In this document: piece after piece, positions 40,717-53,477 of the stretch | How the letters are laid out: each line of letters starts with the position of its first letter | Numbering within the stretch: position 1 is the stretch's first letter | Assembly: GCA_964016885.1 (NCBI GenBank) | Contig: OZ024759.1 | Location: 12,772,001-12,836,000, forward strand | From: Eledone cirrhosa | Lineage: Eukaryota | DNA length: 64,000 bases | Reading direction: 5' to 3' | The notes under the pieces: model-generated | Database searches by the model: none | What the model was told of the DNA's origin: nothing | What the model saw: the letters and a program-made list of their open reading frames with translations, nothing else | Made by a program: the position numbers and the translations under genes

Positions 40717-41309
40717 ATGTTTGGAACCCTTTAGTTTCTGAGAAAGTCTGTTTGTCTCAGTCAGGATTCCTTTTTCTTTGTATCCCAGGGTTTCATAGAC
40801 TGGGATAGAAACAGCAGAGTTCATAGGGTGCAGGAGATAGGGCGGGGGCGAGTAGAGGAGGTAGGGTGGGGTGGGGAGAGTGTTTGTGAGAGGGGTGAGG
40901 TTGAAACATTAAATGACAATACAGTTTTTATCCAAAATACAACAACGAAACTTTCATTTCCAAACATGAATTATTATCATCATCATCATCATCGTCATCA
41001 TCATTTTCATCTGTTGTCGTCATCATTTCCATTTTATTCCTCCGTCATCTAATAAGTCCCCACTCTGGCCATCGTCCCAGGCGGCAGGGAGGGGTAAGGG
41101 CTGGCGGGGGTTCAGCATGGGAGGAAAATTGGGATAAAGTTTCGAAACTCCCTGATTGTAGCTTATTACAGGGAATTGTTAGTTCAAACTCAGGCAGATG
41201 TTAACACACACGAGGGCAGGTGAGGCCATATTAAATGACCAAGGGTCCTACAGTTCGTCCCTCACTGCATTGCTAGGACCCCTTCTTCTTCATATTAATA
41301 TTGTTTCAT

Positions 41310-41509
41310 TATTGTTGTTGTTGTTGTTATTTCTTTATTTGGTCATTTGTCTTGTATTTTTATTGTTGATGTTGGTTAAAAGCATTAAATAAACAATTGG
41401 GTTGAAATATTTAAACACCAGGTGGAGCAATGGTTCCAGAGTCAATGGCAACAGTAGTCATGGCAACAGATAGGATTGGTTGGAAGGAAAAAAACAAACA
41501 CACAAAAAA

Positions 41510-41547
<38 letters not shown>

Positions 41548-41761
41548 CACACATGCATGCAGAAAACATCAGGCTGTGCATACATGTATGCGTGTATGCA
41601 CACATTTGTGCATCATTGAGAAGTTCCATACTCCAGTCAGCTGCACAATCTCGTTGTCGTCGGTGATAACAACAGTCAGCAGCAGTTTCACACCTCTTTG
41701 CCGTCTCATCAGCAGGGAATTTCATGTGAACAGCAGCCCAATCCTCGTAAACCTTCTCATC
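41310..41761 (-). other. Candidate non-coding 3' UTR exon of RNF41 (3' end approximate)
   Basis: Long pyrimidine tract (tccctctctctctttctttctcc) then AG at 41763-41762 on minus. Unique sequence follows, with AATAAA (plus-strand tttatt) near 41335 and 41360. It would pair with the donor just after the stop codon. Confidence 0.4.
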
Positions 41762-42004
41762 CTTTTAGGTTAAGGTTGGAGAAAGAAAGAGAGAGAGGGA
41801 CAGATAAATGAATGATGCAGAAATGTTGGAGGTGGATGACAGCCACCAATCACCATGTTTCCCGCAACAGCAGCAGTCACCAAAGGAATACCAAAATATA
41901 AACCTTGCATCATTCTGAAATAGAAAGAAAAAGAAGAAATCAGAGATAAAAGTTGAGATAATTGTCATCTCTTCATTCTAACTATTGTTTCTGCCATGTT
42001 GACA

Positions 42005-43862
42005 GTGGTCTGTGGAGCAACACTGCCCCATGTCACTGGTCAGTGGAGCAACACTGCCCTATGTCACTGGTCTGTGGAGCAACACTGCCCTATGTCACTG
42101 GTCAGTGGAGCAACACTGCCCTATGTCACTGGTCAGTGGAGCAACACTGCCCCATGTCACTGGTCAGTGGAGCAACACTGCCCTATGTCACTGGTCAGTG
42201 GAGCAACACTGCCCTATGTCACTGGTCAGTGGAGCAACACTGCCCCATGTCACTGGTCAGTGGAGCAACACAACCCTATCTCACTGGTCAGTGGAACAAC
42301 ACAACCCCATGTCACTGGTCAGTGGAGCAACACAACCCCATGTCACTGGTCAGTGGAACAACACAACCCTATGTCACTGGTCAGTGGAGCAACACTGCCC
42401 TATGTCACTGGTCAGTGGAGCAACACTGCCCTATGTCACTGGTCAGTGGAACAACACAACCCTATGTCACTGGTCAGTGGAGCAACACTGCCCTATGTCA
42501 CTGGTCAGTGGAGCAACACAACCCTATGTCACTGGTCAGTGGAGCAACACTGCCCTATGTCACTGGTCAGTGGAACAACACAACCCTATGTCACTGGTCA
42601 GTGGAGTAACACTGCCCTATGTCACTGGTCAGTGGAGCAACACTGCCCTATGTCACTGGTCAGTGGAGCAACACAGCCCTATGTCACTGGTCAGTGGAGC
42701 AACACTGCCCTATGTCACTGGTCAGTGGAGCAACACTGCCCTATGTCACTGGTCAGTGGAGCAACACTGCCCTATGTCACTGGTCAGTGGAGCAACACAG
42801 CCCTATGTCACTGGTCAGTGGAGCAACACTGCCCTATGTCACTGGTCAGTGGAGCAACACTGCCCTATGTCACTGGTCAGTGGAGCAACACTGCCCTATG
42901 TCACTGGTCAGTGGAGCAACACTGCCCTATGTCACTGGTCAGTGGAGCAACACTGCCCTATGTCACTGGTCAGTGGAGCAACACTGCCCTATGTCACTGG
43001 TCAGTGGAGCAACACAACCCTATGTCACTGGTCAGTGGAGCAACACTGCCCTATGTCACTGGTCAGTGGAGCAACACTGCCCTATGTCACTGGTCAGTGG
43101 AACAACACTGCCCTATGTCACTGGTCAGTGGAGCAACACAACCCTATGTCACTGGTCAGTGGAGCAACACAACCCTATGTCACTGGTCAGTGGAGCAACA
43201 CAACCCTATGTCACTGGTCAGTGGAGCAACACAACCCTATGTCATTGGTCAGTGGAGCAACACAACCCTATGTCACTGGTCAGTGGAGCAACACAACCCT
43301 ATGTCACTGGTCAGTGGAGTAACACAACCCTATGTCACTGGTCAGTGGAGTAACACAACCCCATGTCACTGGTCAGTGGAGCAACACAACCCTATGTCAC
43401 TGGTCAGTGGAGCAACACAGCCCTATGTCACTGGTCAGTGGAGTAACAACCCTATGTCACTGGTCAGTGGAACAACACAACCCTATGTCACTGGTCAGTG
43501 GAACAACACAACCCTATGTCACTGGTCAGTGGAGCAACACAGCCCTATGTCACTGGTCAGTGGAGTAACACAACCCTATGTCACTGGTCAGTGGAGTAAC
43601 ACAACCCTATGTCACTGGTCAGTGGAGCAACACTGCCCTATGTCACTGGTCAGTGGAGCAACACTGCCCTATGTCACTGGTCAGTGGAACAACACAGCCC
43701 TATGTCACTGGTCAGTGGAGCAACACAGCCCTATGTCACTGGTCAGTGGAGTAACACAACCCTATGTCACTGGTCAGTGGAGCAACACTGCCCTATGTCA
43801 CTGGTCAGTGGAGCAACACAACCCTATGTCACTGATCAGTGGAGCAACACAACCCTATGTCA
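42005..43862. repeat. 31-bp minisatellite, ~60 copies
   Basis: Unit ctatgtcactggtcagtggagcaacactgcc, with hairpin core cactg-gt-cagtg. Confidence 0.98.
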
Positions 43863-44167
43863 TATCAACTATGAAGAACACAAAAATACCAACATCCACA
43901 GTTAACAGCTTCTATCTCTTACTTATACCTGTTATACACATTTCTGTGGTGTCATGTCAGCCATTCTTATGCAATTATTGACACAGCATCTTTTAGGTAT
44001 TACAAACTGGAGATGTAGAGATTTTCAATGTTGCTAATTCAAAGTTCCGTCTCCAAATCTTTTAAAATAGGTCCATCTCCGTATCACTGGTTGTAATACC
44101 TCAAAGATGCTGTCTGAAGAAGTCATGCCAATAAAGACTGACATGACAGAAATACGTATAACAGGGT

Positions 44168-44445
44168 AAAGACCCCCTTTGGTCACGAATGACCATGGGA
44201 TGTACACCTAGAAAGTTCCCCTCCGAGGCACAAGTCTGGATAAGGTTGTTTATGGAAGACCAGTAGTTGCCCATGTATACCAGCCTCCCCTCTCCCCACC
44301 ACTGATGTTGTCCAAGAGAAAGACAATGGCCAATACAGAGTGGCACCAGTAATGTCACAACCCATTTCTGGAGCAGCGTGAAATAAAGTGTCTTGCTCAA
44401 GGAGACTACACATCATCCGGTCCGAGAATCAAACTCACAACCTAC
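44168..44445 (-). mobile_element. SINE-A-related element
   Basis: Homologous to 14750-15010. Confidence 0.75.
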
Positions 44446-44499
44446 TGTTCACACCGTTATAAATTGATTGAAGTGGGGGAAAATGCAACCCTAACAACA

Positions 44500-44807
44500 A
44501 TATATATAATTCAAGTATAAAAGATATATATATATATATAGAGATAGAGAGAGAGAGAAAGGACCATATACAACAATATATATATTTCAAGTATAAAAGA
44601 TATATATATATAGAGAGAGAGAGAGAGAAAGGACCATATACAACAATATATATATTTCAAGTATAAAAGATATATATATATATAGAGAGAGAGAGAGAAA
44701 GGACCATATACAACAATATATATATTTCAAGTATAAAAGATATATATATATATATAGAGAGAGAGAAAGGACCATATACAACAATATATATATTTCAAGT
44801 ATAAAAG

Positions 44808-44838
<31 letters not shown>

Positions 44839-44879
44839 AAGGACCATATACAACAATATATATATTTCAAGTATAAAAG

Positions 44880-44910
<31 letters not shown>

Positions 44911-45209
44911 AAGGACCATATACAACAATATATATATTTCAAGTATAAAAGATATATATATATATATATACAGAGAGAGAGAGAGAAAGGACCATATATC
45001 TGTGAGAAAACAATATATTGTATATATACAGAGCACATATTTCAAAGAAAAATATGTACTCTCCATCTAGAGTACATATTTTTCTTAGAAATATGTGCTC
45101 TGTATATATACAATATATTGTTTTCTCACAGATATATGGTCCTTTCTCTCTCTCTCTATATATATATATATATCTTTTATACTTGAAATATATATATTGT
45201 TGTATATGG

Positions 45210-45290
<81 letters not shown>

Positions 45291-45312
45291 TATCTTTTAT
45301 ACTTGAATTATT
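44500..45312. repeat. Palindrome with a tandemly expanded (~62-bp unit) left arm
   Basis: Centre aaaaatatgtactct-ccatct-agagtacatattttt (~45065); both arms end at aattcaagtataaaagat or its complement. Confidence 0.88.
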
Positions 45313-45379
45313 ATGGCACTGCACAAAGTCTATTGAGAAGCACAAAATTCAAACATATTTGATATGTTTTGATTCTTCA

Positions 45380-45783
45380 CATATGTGTGTGTGTGTGTGT
45401 ATATATGTGTGTGTGTATATATGTGTGTATATGTGTGTGTGTGTGTGGGTAGTGTGTGTATATGTGTAGTGTGTGTATATATATGTGTGTGTATGTGTAT
45501 ATATATATATGTGTGTGTGTATGTGTATATATATATGTGTGTGTATGTGTATATATATATATATATATGAGTGTGTGTGTGTGTATATATATATGTGTGT
45601 GTATGTGTGTATGTATATATATATGTGTGTGTATGTGTATATATATATATATGAGTGTGTGTATATATATATATATATATGAGTGTGTGTGTGTGTATAT
45701 ATGTGTATGTATGTGTATATATATATATATGTGTGTGTATGTATATATATGTGTGTATGTATGTGTATATATATATGTGTGTG

Positions 45784-45832
<49 letters not shown>

Positions 45833-45948
45833 GTGTGTGTATGTGTGTATATATATATATGTGTGTGTATGTGTATATATATGTGTGTGTGTATGTGTAT
45901 ATATATATGTGTGTGTGTATATATATATATATATGTGTGTGTGTGTGA
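45380..45948. repeat. (TG)n/(TA)n compound microsatellite
   Basis: Directly visible. Confidence 0.95.
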
Positions 45949-46025
45949 CTAAAAGAGGTGGTGGCAGGAATGATGATTTAAATATAAAACAACATGGACG
46001 ACAGATATAGTCTGTAACATCAGCA

Positions 46026-46845
46026 GTGATGATGGTGATGATGATGGTGATGGTGATGATGGTGATGGTGATGGTGATGATGATGGTGATGATGATGGTG
46101 ATGATGATGTTGATGTTGATGGTGATGATGGTGATGGTGATGATGATGGTGATGATGGTGATGGTGATGATGATGTTGATGGTGATGATGATGGTGATGA
46201 TGGTGATGATGATGGTGATGGTGATGATGATGGTGATGGTAATGGTGATGATGGTGATGATGATGATGATGATGATGATGATGGTGATGGTGATGATGGT
46301 GGTGGTGATGGTGATGATGATGTTGATGTTGATGGTGATGGTGATGATGATGGTGATGATGGTGATGATGATGGTGATGATGATGGTGATGGTGATGGTG
46401 ATGATGATGGTGATGGTGATGATGATGGTGATGATGATGATGATGATGATGGTGGTGATGGTGGTGGTGATGGTGATGATGATGTTGATGTTGATGGTGA
46501 TGGTGATGATGGTGATGATGATGGTAATGATGATGTTGATGGTGATGATGATGGTGATGATGATGGTGATGATGATGTTGATGGTGATGGTGATGATGAT
46601 GGTGATGATGATGGTGATGATGGTGATGGTAATGATTGTGATGATGATAATGATGGTCAGAGCGATGATGATGATGCTGATAGCGATAATGTTGTTGATG
46701 ATGATGATGATGATAATGATGGTGGTGATGGTGATGATGATGGTGATGATGATGGTGATGGTGATGATGGTGGTGGTGATGACGGTGATATCGATGGTGG
46801 TGGTGGTGGTGGTGATAGTGGTGGTGGTGGTGGTGGTGATAGTGA
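46026..46845. repeat. Imperfect (GAT/GGT)n trinucleotide tract, ~820 bp
   Basis: Directly visible; starts ~75 bp downstream of the RNF41 stop codon. Confidence 0.95.
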
Positions 46846-46921
46846 ATACGTGAATGTTTCCCCAACAACTGCCCCCCCCCCCCTCCATTGTGAGAAGGTC
46901 TGACTAAACCTCTAACTTACC

Positions 46922-47025
46922 TCATTCTACACCATGGGCAAAGATCATAACCAAACCTGGCTCCAGTATCAAATCTTCAGGCATGTGTTCATTCTCACAG
47001 GACATCACTACAACAGCTTGTTTAC
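46922..47025 (-). CDS. RNF41: RNF41 last coding exon including the TGA stop
   Basis: Acceptor gttgccag|GT. Translates (G)KQAVVVMSCENEHMPEDLILEPGLVMIFAHGVE*, matching the NRDP1 C-terminus GKQAVVVM.CEN.HM....EPGLVMIFAHGVE. Confidence 0.95.
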
Positions 47026-47061
47026 CTGGCAACAACAGTGAAAGGTTAGCACTAACAACAC

Positions 47062-47248
47062 TGGGAGAGAGGGGGAAGGGGGAGAGGTGAGGGAAAGAGA
47101 GATAGAGAGAGGGTGAGAAAGAGGATGAGAGATAGAGAGAGGGTGAAGAGAGAGAAGGTGAGAGAGAGATAGAGAGAGGAGGATGAGAGAGAGAGAGATA
47201 GAAAGAGTGAGGATGAGAGAGAGTGAGAGAGGGAGGATGAGAGAGAGC

Positions 47249-47298
<50 letters not shown>

Positions 47299-47400
47299 AA
47301 GAGATAGAGAGAGAGGGAGAGAGATAGAGAGAGAGGGAGGATGAGAGAGAGGGAGGGAGAGAGAGATAGAGAGATATAGGGATGATGAGAGAGAGAGAGA
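47062..47400. repeat. (GA)n purine-rich tract (polypyrimidine on the RNF41 sense strand, upstream of the last coding acceptor)
   Basis: Directly visible. Confidence 0.9.
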
Positions 47401-47440
47401 TGTGTGTATTTTATAGTGGTACCAACACCCGGGAAGTTAC

Positions 47441-48184
47441 CCAGTGTACCCTATGTATTTGCGATCCCAGTTATTCGCAGTATTCTCCTCAGACCCTAAC
47501 TAATAATTGTTTGTGGAAACCACCGCATATTCGCGGACTCATAAATATCTTTCGCGATTTTTTATGGCATTTTTTAACACTAAATTATTAACAACAATAT
47601 ACAATAGATATTGGCCGGCCTAGGCCCATGGCTCAGTGGTTAGAGCATTGAGCTTGCAATCGAAAGGTTGTGAGTTCAATCCTCGGACCGGGTGATGTGT
47701 TGTTTCCTTGAGCAAGACACTTTATTTCACATTGCTCCAGTTTACTCAGCTGTAGAAATGAGATGATAGGGACTGGGGTCCCTATCATTCCACTACAAAG
47801 TGGTTGTGGAGGTGCCACGGCAAAAAAGCACCCAGCACTCACTGTAAATGAGGTTGGTGTTAGGAAGGGCATCCAGCTGTAGAAATCAAGCCAGAATCAG
47901 TTCCCGTATGAGCAAGTCAAGGTCAACCGACCGGACACTGCCCATAACAAGACAACCCGTCTAACCCATGCTAGCGTGGAAGAACGGACATAAAACGGTG
48001 ATGATGATGATGATGATTGGACGTTCCTTCGCATAAGATGCTCCCTCTTTTTTTTTATTTATATTTTACGTTATATTTTGACGTTTATAGGTATTTTTAT
48101 GGACTATGTCCAATATTCATGATTTTTCCCTCTTTGCGGGTGCTCTAGGAACTTAAGCCCCGCAAATACTGGGGGGCAACTGTA
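47441..48184. mobile_element. Degenerate Tc1/pogo-like MITE interrupted by a SINE
   Basis: Imperfect TIRs cagtgtaccctatgtatttgcg and cgcaaatactggggggcaactg|TA. Confidence 0.45.
47625..48017 (+). mobile_element. Full-length SINE-A
   Basis: A box tggctcagtgg, B box gagttcaatcc, core ccttgagcaagacactt, RTE-shared tail ending in (GAT)n. Confidence 0.9.
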
Positions 48185-48202
48185 TTGTTATTTTATGGTT
48201 GC

Positions 48203-50378
48203 ACTAACACTAGGTTTATGGTAGTACCAACACCAGGTTTATGGTGACACCAACACCAGGTTTATGGTAGTACCAACACCAGGTTTATGGTAGTACCAAC
48301 ACTAGGTTTATGGTAGTACCAACACCAGGTTTATGGTAGTACCAACACCAGGTTTATGGTAGTACCAACACCAGGTTTATGGTAGTACCAACACTAGGTT
48401 TATGGTAGTACCAACACCAGGTTTATGGTAGTACCAACACCAGGTTTATGGTAGTACCAACACCAGGTTTATGGTAGTACCAACACTAGGTTTATGGTAG
48501 TACCAACACCAGGTTTATGGTAGTACCAACACCAGGTTTATGGTAGTACCAACACCAGGTTTATGGTAGTACCAACACCAGGTTTATGGTAGTACCAACA
48601 CTAGGTTTATGGTAGTACCAACACCAGGTTTATGGTAGTACCAACACCAGGTTTATGGTAGTACCAACACCAGGTTTATGGTAGTACCAACACTAGGTTT
48701 ATGGTAGTACCAACACCAGGTTTATGGTAGTACCAACACCAGGTTTATGGTAGTACCAACACCAGGTTTATGGTAGTACCAACACCAGGTTTATGGTAGT
48801 ACCAACACTAGGTTTATGGTAGTACCAACACCAGGTTTATGGTAGTACCAACACCAGGTTTATGGTAGTACCAACACTAGGTTTATGGTACCAACACTAG
48901 GTTTATGGTAGTACCAACACCAGGTTTATGGTAGTACCAACACCAGGTTTATGGTAGTACCAACACCAGGTTTATGGTAGTACCAACACTAGGTTTATGG
49001 TACCAACACTAGGTTTATGGTAGTACCAACACCAGGTTTATGGTAGTACCAACACCAGGTTTATGGTAGTACCAACACTAGGTTTATGGTAGTACCAACA
49101 CCAGGTTTATGGTAGTACCAACACCAGGTTTATGGTAGTACCAACACCAGGTTTATGGTAGTACCAACACCAGGTTTATGGTAGTACCAACACCAGGTTT
49201 ATGGTAGTACCAACACCAGGTTTATGGTAGTACCAACACCAGGTTTATGGTAGTACCAACACCAGGTTTATGGTAGTACCAACACCAGGTTTATGGTAGT
49301 ACCAACACTAGGTTTATGGTACCAACACTAGGTTTATGGTAGTACCAACACCAGGTTTATGGTAGTACCAACACCAGGTTTATGGTAGTACCAACACCAG
49401 GTTTATGGTAGTACCAACACCAGGTTTATGGTAGTACCAACACCAGGTTTATGGTAGTACCAACACCAGGTTTATGGTAGTACCAACACCAGGTTTATGG
49501 TAGTACCAACACCAGGTTTATGGTAGTACCAACACCAGGTTTATGGTAGTACCAACACCAGGTTTATGGTAGTACCAACACCAGGTTTATGGTAGTACCA
49601 ACACTAGGTTTATGGTACCAACACTAGGTTTATGGTAGTACCAACACCAGGTTTATGGTAGTACCAACACCAGGTTTATGGTAGTACCAACACTAGGTTT
49701 ATGGTAGTACCAACACCAGGTTTATGGTAGTACCAACACCAGGTTTATGGTAGTACCAACACCAGGTTTATGGTGACACCAACACCAGGTCTATGGAAGT
49801 ACCAACACTAGGTCTATGGAAGTACCAACACTAGGTTTATGGTAGTACCAACACTAGGTTTATGGTGACACCAACACCAGGTCTATGGAAGTACCAACAC
49901 TAGGTCTATGGAAGTACCAACACTAGGTCTATGGAAGTACCAACACTAGGTCTATGGAAGTACCAACACCAGGTTTATGGTGACACCAACACCAGGTTTA
50001 TGGTGACACCAACACCAGGTTTATGGTAGTACCAACACCAGGTCTATGGTAGTACCAACACCAGGTTTATGGTAGTACCAACACCAGGTCTATGGAAGTA
50101 CCAACACTAGGTTTATGGTAGTACCAACACCAGGTTTATGGTGACACCAACACCAGGTTTATGGTAGTACCAACACCAGGTCTATGGTAGTACCAACACC
50201 AGGTTTATGGTGACACCAACACCAGGTTTATGGTAGTACCAACACTAGGTTTATGGTAGTACCAACACTAGGTTTATGGTAGTACCAACACCAGGTCTAT
50301 GGAAGTACCAACACTAGGTTTATGGTAGTACCAACACCAGGTCTATGGAAGTACCAACACTAGGTTTATGGTACCAAC
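48203..50378. repeat. 23-bp minisatellite, ~94 copies, in an RNF41 intron
   Basis: Unit ggtttatggtagtaccaacacca; 20-bp deletion variants. Confidence 0.98.
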
Positions 50379-50732
50379 AGCAGGAAAGTTATATTGTTCA
50401 TGCCACACCTGAAGACTCCTCCCGACAGTTTATTTGGAGGGTTTTCTATGACTGGATATCCTTCTAATCCTCAACCACTTCAGAGAGTGTACTCAGTGAT
50501 TGTTCATTGTGTAGATCACCAACACTACAGAGGTTGTTGTGCCCTTGTCACAACTAAAGCATCCTCTCAAGCTAGTCTGGCAGGGTGTCTGGAACAAAGT
50601 GCCATTCCTATCACCAATCACCTTTACAGGGTGTACGGGGTACAGACAGAAACAGAAAAGTCTCCAGCCCAGAATCTTCTAGGCAGGCTCTTCTTAAAAA
50701 GGAAATTACAAAAGAAAAACAACTGAAGTCAC

Positions 50733-50974
50733 CTGGTATTCGTTTTGTTACATAGTTCTCATACTGTCTTCGACTAAGCTGTCGTGTTTCTAGCGTACCC
50801 AATCCACGAGGCCATCGTCGTTCGTGGGCATTTTCCATAAGTTCGTTAACAATATGTGGAGGACAACCGCTATCAATAAGGGCTCGTTTAATAACAGCTT
50901 GTAACACAGTATCTGGTGTAGAAATCATACCACCCCATCGAGTAACTCGAGCTTTTTGAAGGTTTGATATCCAT
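50733..50974 (-). CDS. RNF41: RNF41 coding exon, USP8-interacting C-terminal domain, 242 nt, phase 2/1
   Basis: Acceptor ctctcag|A, donor CCAG|gtgact. Translates WISNLQKARVTRWGGMISTPDTVLQAVIKRALIDSGCPPHIVNELMENAHERRWPRGLGTLETRQLSRRQYENYVTKRIP, containing the hallmark NRDP1 motif ARVTRWGGMISTPD. Confidence 0.97.
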
Positions 50975-51107
50975 CTGAGAGTAGAGAGAAAACACAATGT
51001 AGAACGAGATGTAACAAAATGACATCATTTGAGAAATACAACACTTGGTACAGATGTATATAGAGCAATATGTGGGAGAATATATATACTTTAAGGTGCA
51101 ATAATTC

Positions 51108-51175
<68 letters not shown>

Positions 51176-51419
51176 CATATATTTACACATATATATATTT
51201 ACATATATATATATGTACATATATATATAACAAAAGAATTGTGGTAAGGAACCAGATGGACCATAACACACCAGAGTACTCAATACTTAGGGTAGTAGAG
51301 TGGGAAATAGGAAAAAGTATGACCCCGACGGCAGAGCTCAAGACCCCGACGGCAGAGCTCAAGCCGTTTCGACGGCTATTTCTGGACTAAATTAGAATTT
51401 TATATATATATATATATAC

Positions 51420-51485
<66 letters not shown>

Positions 51486-51775
51486 TTGAAAATTGCAAAC
51501 TTGATTGTCACCACAGAATATGAACCTGAAGATTGTGAAAGCATGAAAGTACTTGTTCAATAAACACTTCAAATTTTATATTCTACCATACTATTTCATT
51601 CTAATACCATTATAAATTTTAAAGGATTGTAAATAAAATGAGTAAATCAGACAAAGTTGGAATTCCTTTTATTAATATAATCTTCTATACACAATCATAC
51701 ACACCCGTGTATATTTATTTATATATATATATATATATAATAATTATAAAATGTGGAGAAGGAGCACACGAGTTG

Positions 51776-51847
<72 letters not shown>

Positions 51848-52552
51848 ATAGGGAGAAAAAGACGATTATTAGGAAGAAAAATATTTTTCTTTCCTTTTAT
51901 TTTTTTCCTCTTTTTTCTGGGTTAGAAAATGTTTAAAACAAAATATTTTACTTTGTGTGAAGTGTTAAGGTATTAGTTAATTTATTTATTAATTAACAAT
52001 GGCATTTATTTATTTATTTATATATTTAATAACTGTCAATTACCGGTTTCAGCATTTTATGCAATATAAAAGGGGGGAATATGTATTGGTATAAAATGTT
52101 GGAGAGAAAATAATGTGATGTTGAACATGTTCAGGAAATGGGAAAGAAAGAATAATATTGTTTACAAACAAGGTTTTTGAAGTAAAAAGAAAAAAAAGAG
52201 GGTGATGTGGAACATGATAAGGTAATGGGAAAGAAAGAATAATATTATTTACAGGCATAGTTCTTGAGGATAAACAGTTCAAAATGTGTTATTATGGCAA
52301 GAGCGCTTGGCTGGTCCATAATGCGCTGGATCGAGTTTTACGCCGGCATATATGATATATCTCAGAAAAATTTTTTTACTGCATTAATACAATATTATTT
52401 TACATTTGTATAAGTTTTTAACTAATGATATATCTTCTAAACATTTTCAAATCTTTCTATAGTAAAAAGTTTTAGAATAACAAGTACTGCAATTTTATCT
52501 CATAAAAACATCCTTTCTAACAGCTCCTGCTACAACCAATTAACAACATTAA

Positions 52553-53120
52553 CCCTTTAGCATTTAAACTGGCCATATCCAGCCAGAATTCTCTCATCTC
52601 TTTCTTATTAAACTGGCCTTAACTGGCTACTTATACTGATGTTAAGGTATTGTTCTCAAAATAAATAATATCAAAATCTTGTAGATTCGATATTTTGTGA
52701 GATAAAGCCTTTACTGTGAAAATATAATAGTATATATAGAGTAATGTAAATATTATGTGAGATATTATGTGAGGTAAAGCCTTTACTGTGAAAATACAAT
52801 AGTATATATAGAGTAATGTAAATATTATGTGAGATATTATGTGAGGTAAAGCCTTTACTGTGACAATACAATGGTATATATAGAGTAATGTAAATGTTAT
52901 GTGAGATATTATGTGAGGTAAAGCCTTTACTGTGAAAATACAATAGTATATATAGAGTAATGTGAATGTTATGTGAGATATTATGTGAGGTAAAGCCTTT
53001 ACTGTGAAAATACAATAGTATATATAGAGTAATGTAAATGTTATGTGAGATATTATGTGAGGTAAAGCCTTTACTGTGACAATACAATAATATATATAGA
53101 GTAATGTAAATGCTAAAGAG
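52553..53120 (+). mobile_element. piggyBac-like MITE with ~6 internal 72-bp repeats
   Basis: TTAA|ccctttagcattta ... taaatgctaaagag|TTAA. Confidence 0.85.
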
Positions 53121-53477
53121 TTAATGTATCTTAATATATTTGTGAAAAACACTTATATCTCTTTATTTTTGCATGTTTAAAAAGTATATACACACGTTTA
53201 TGCTTTTGCTTTTGTAAATATACGGTGGGGGTTGGGGTGGATATCAGACAGTGGGGGGTGGGGTGGACATCAGACAATGGGGGTTGGGTGGATATTAGAC
53301 AGTGGGGTGGATGGCAAGGGTAGAACAGTTTACTAATATAATAACCAACAAAACATATCTTAATAACTTTATAACATTTGATTATTTTCAAATTGTAGCC
53401 GAGACTAAGTAGAACTAAGTCGTTATCCATGTTTCTGGAAGATTAGAGACAGCAGCCAGGTAACAACATCAATATTT

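Noticed and set aside
35143-40808. Numerous YI/CV/HT-rich ORFs
   Set aside because: Translations of TA/TG/CA microsatellites.
41962-43981. Long ORFs (661 aa etc.) with periodic Trp/Cys/His
   Set aside because: Translation of a 31-bp minisatellite; all three frames give the same cyclic peptide.
45377-46888. Poly-His, poly-Met/Val and poly-Ile/Thr ORFs
   Set aside because: Trinucleotide and dinucleotide repeats; not coding.
47630-47700. tRNA-like sequence
   Set aside because: It is the A/B-box head of a multi-copy SINE and continues into SINE core and tail; no proper acceptor stem.
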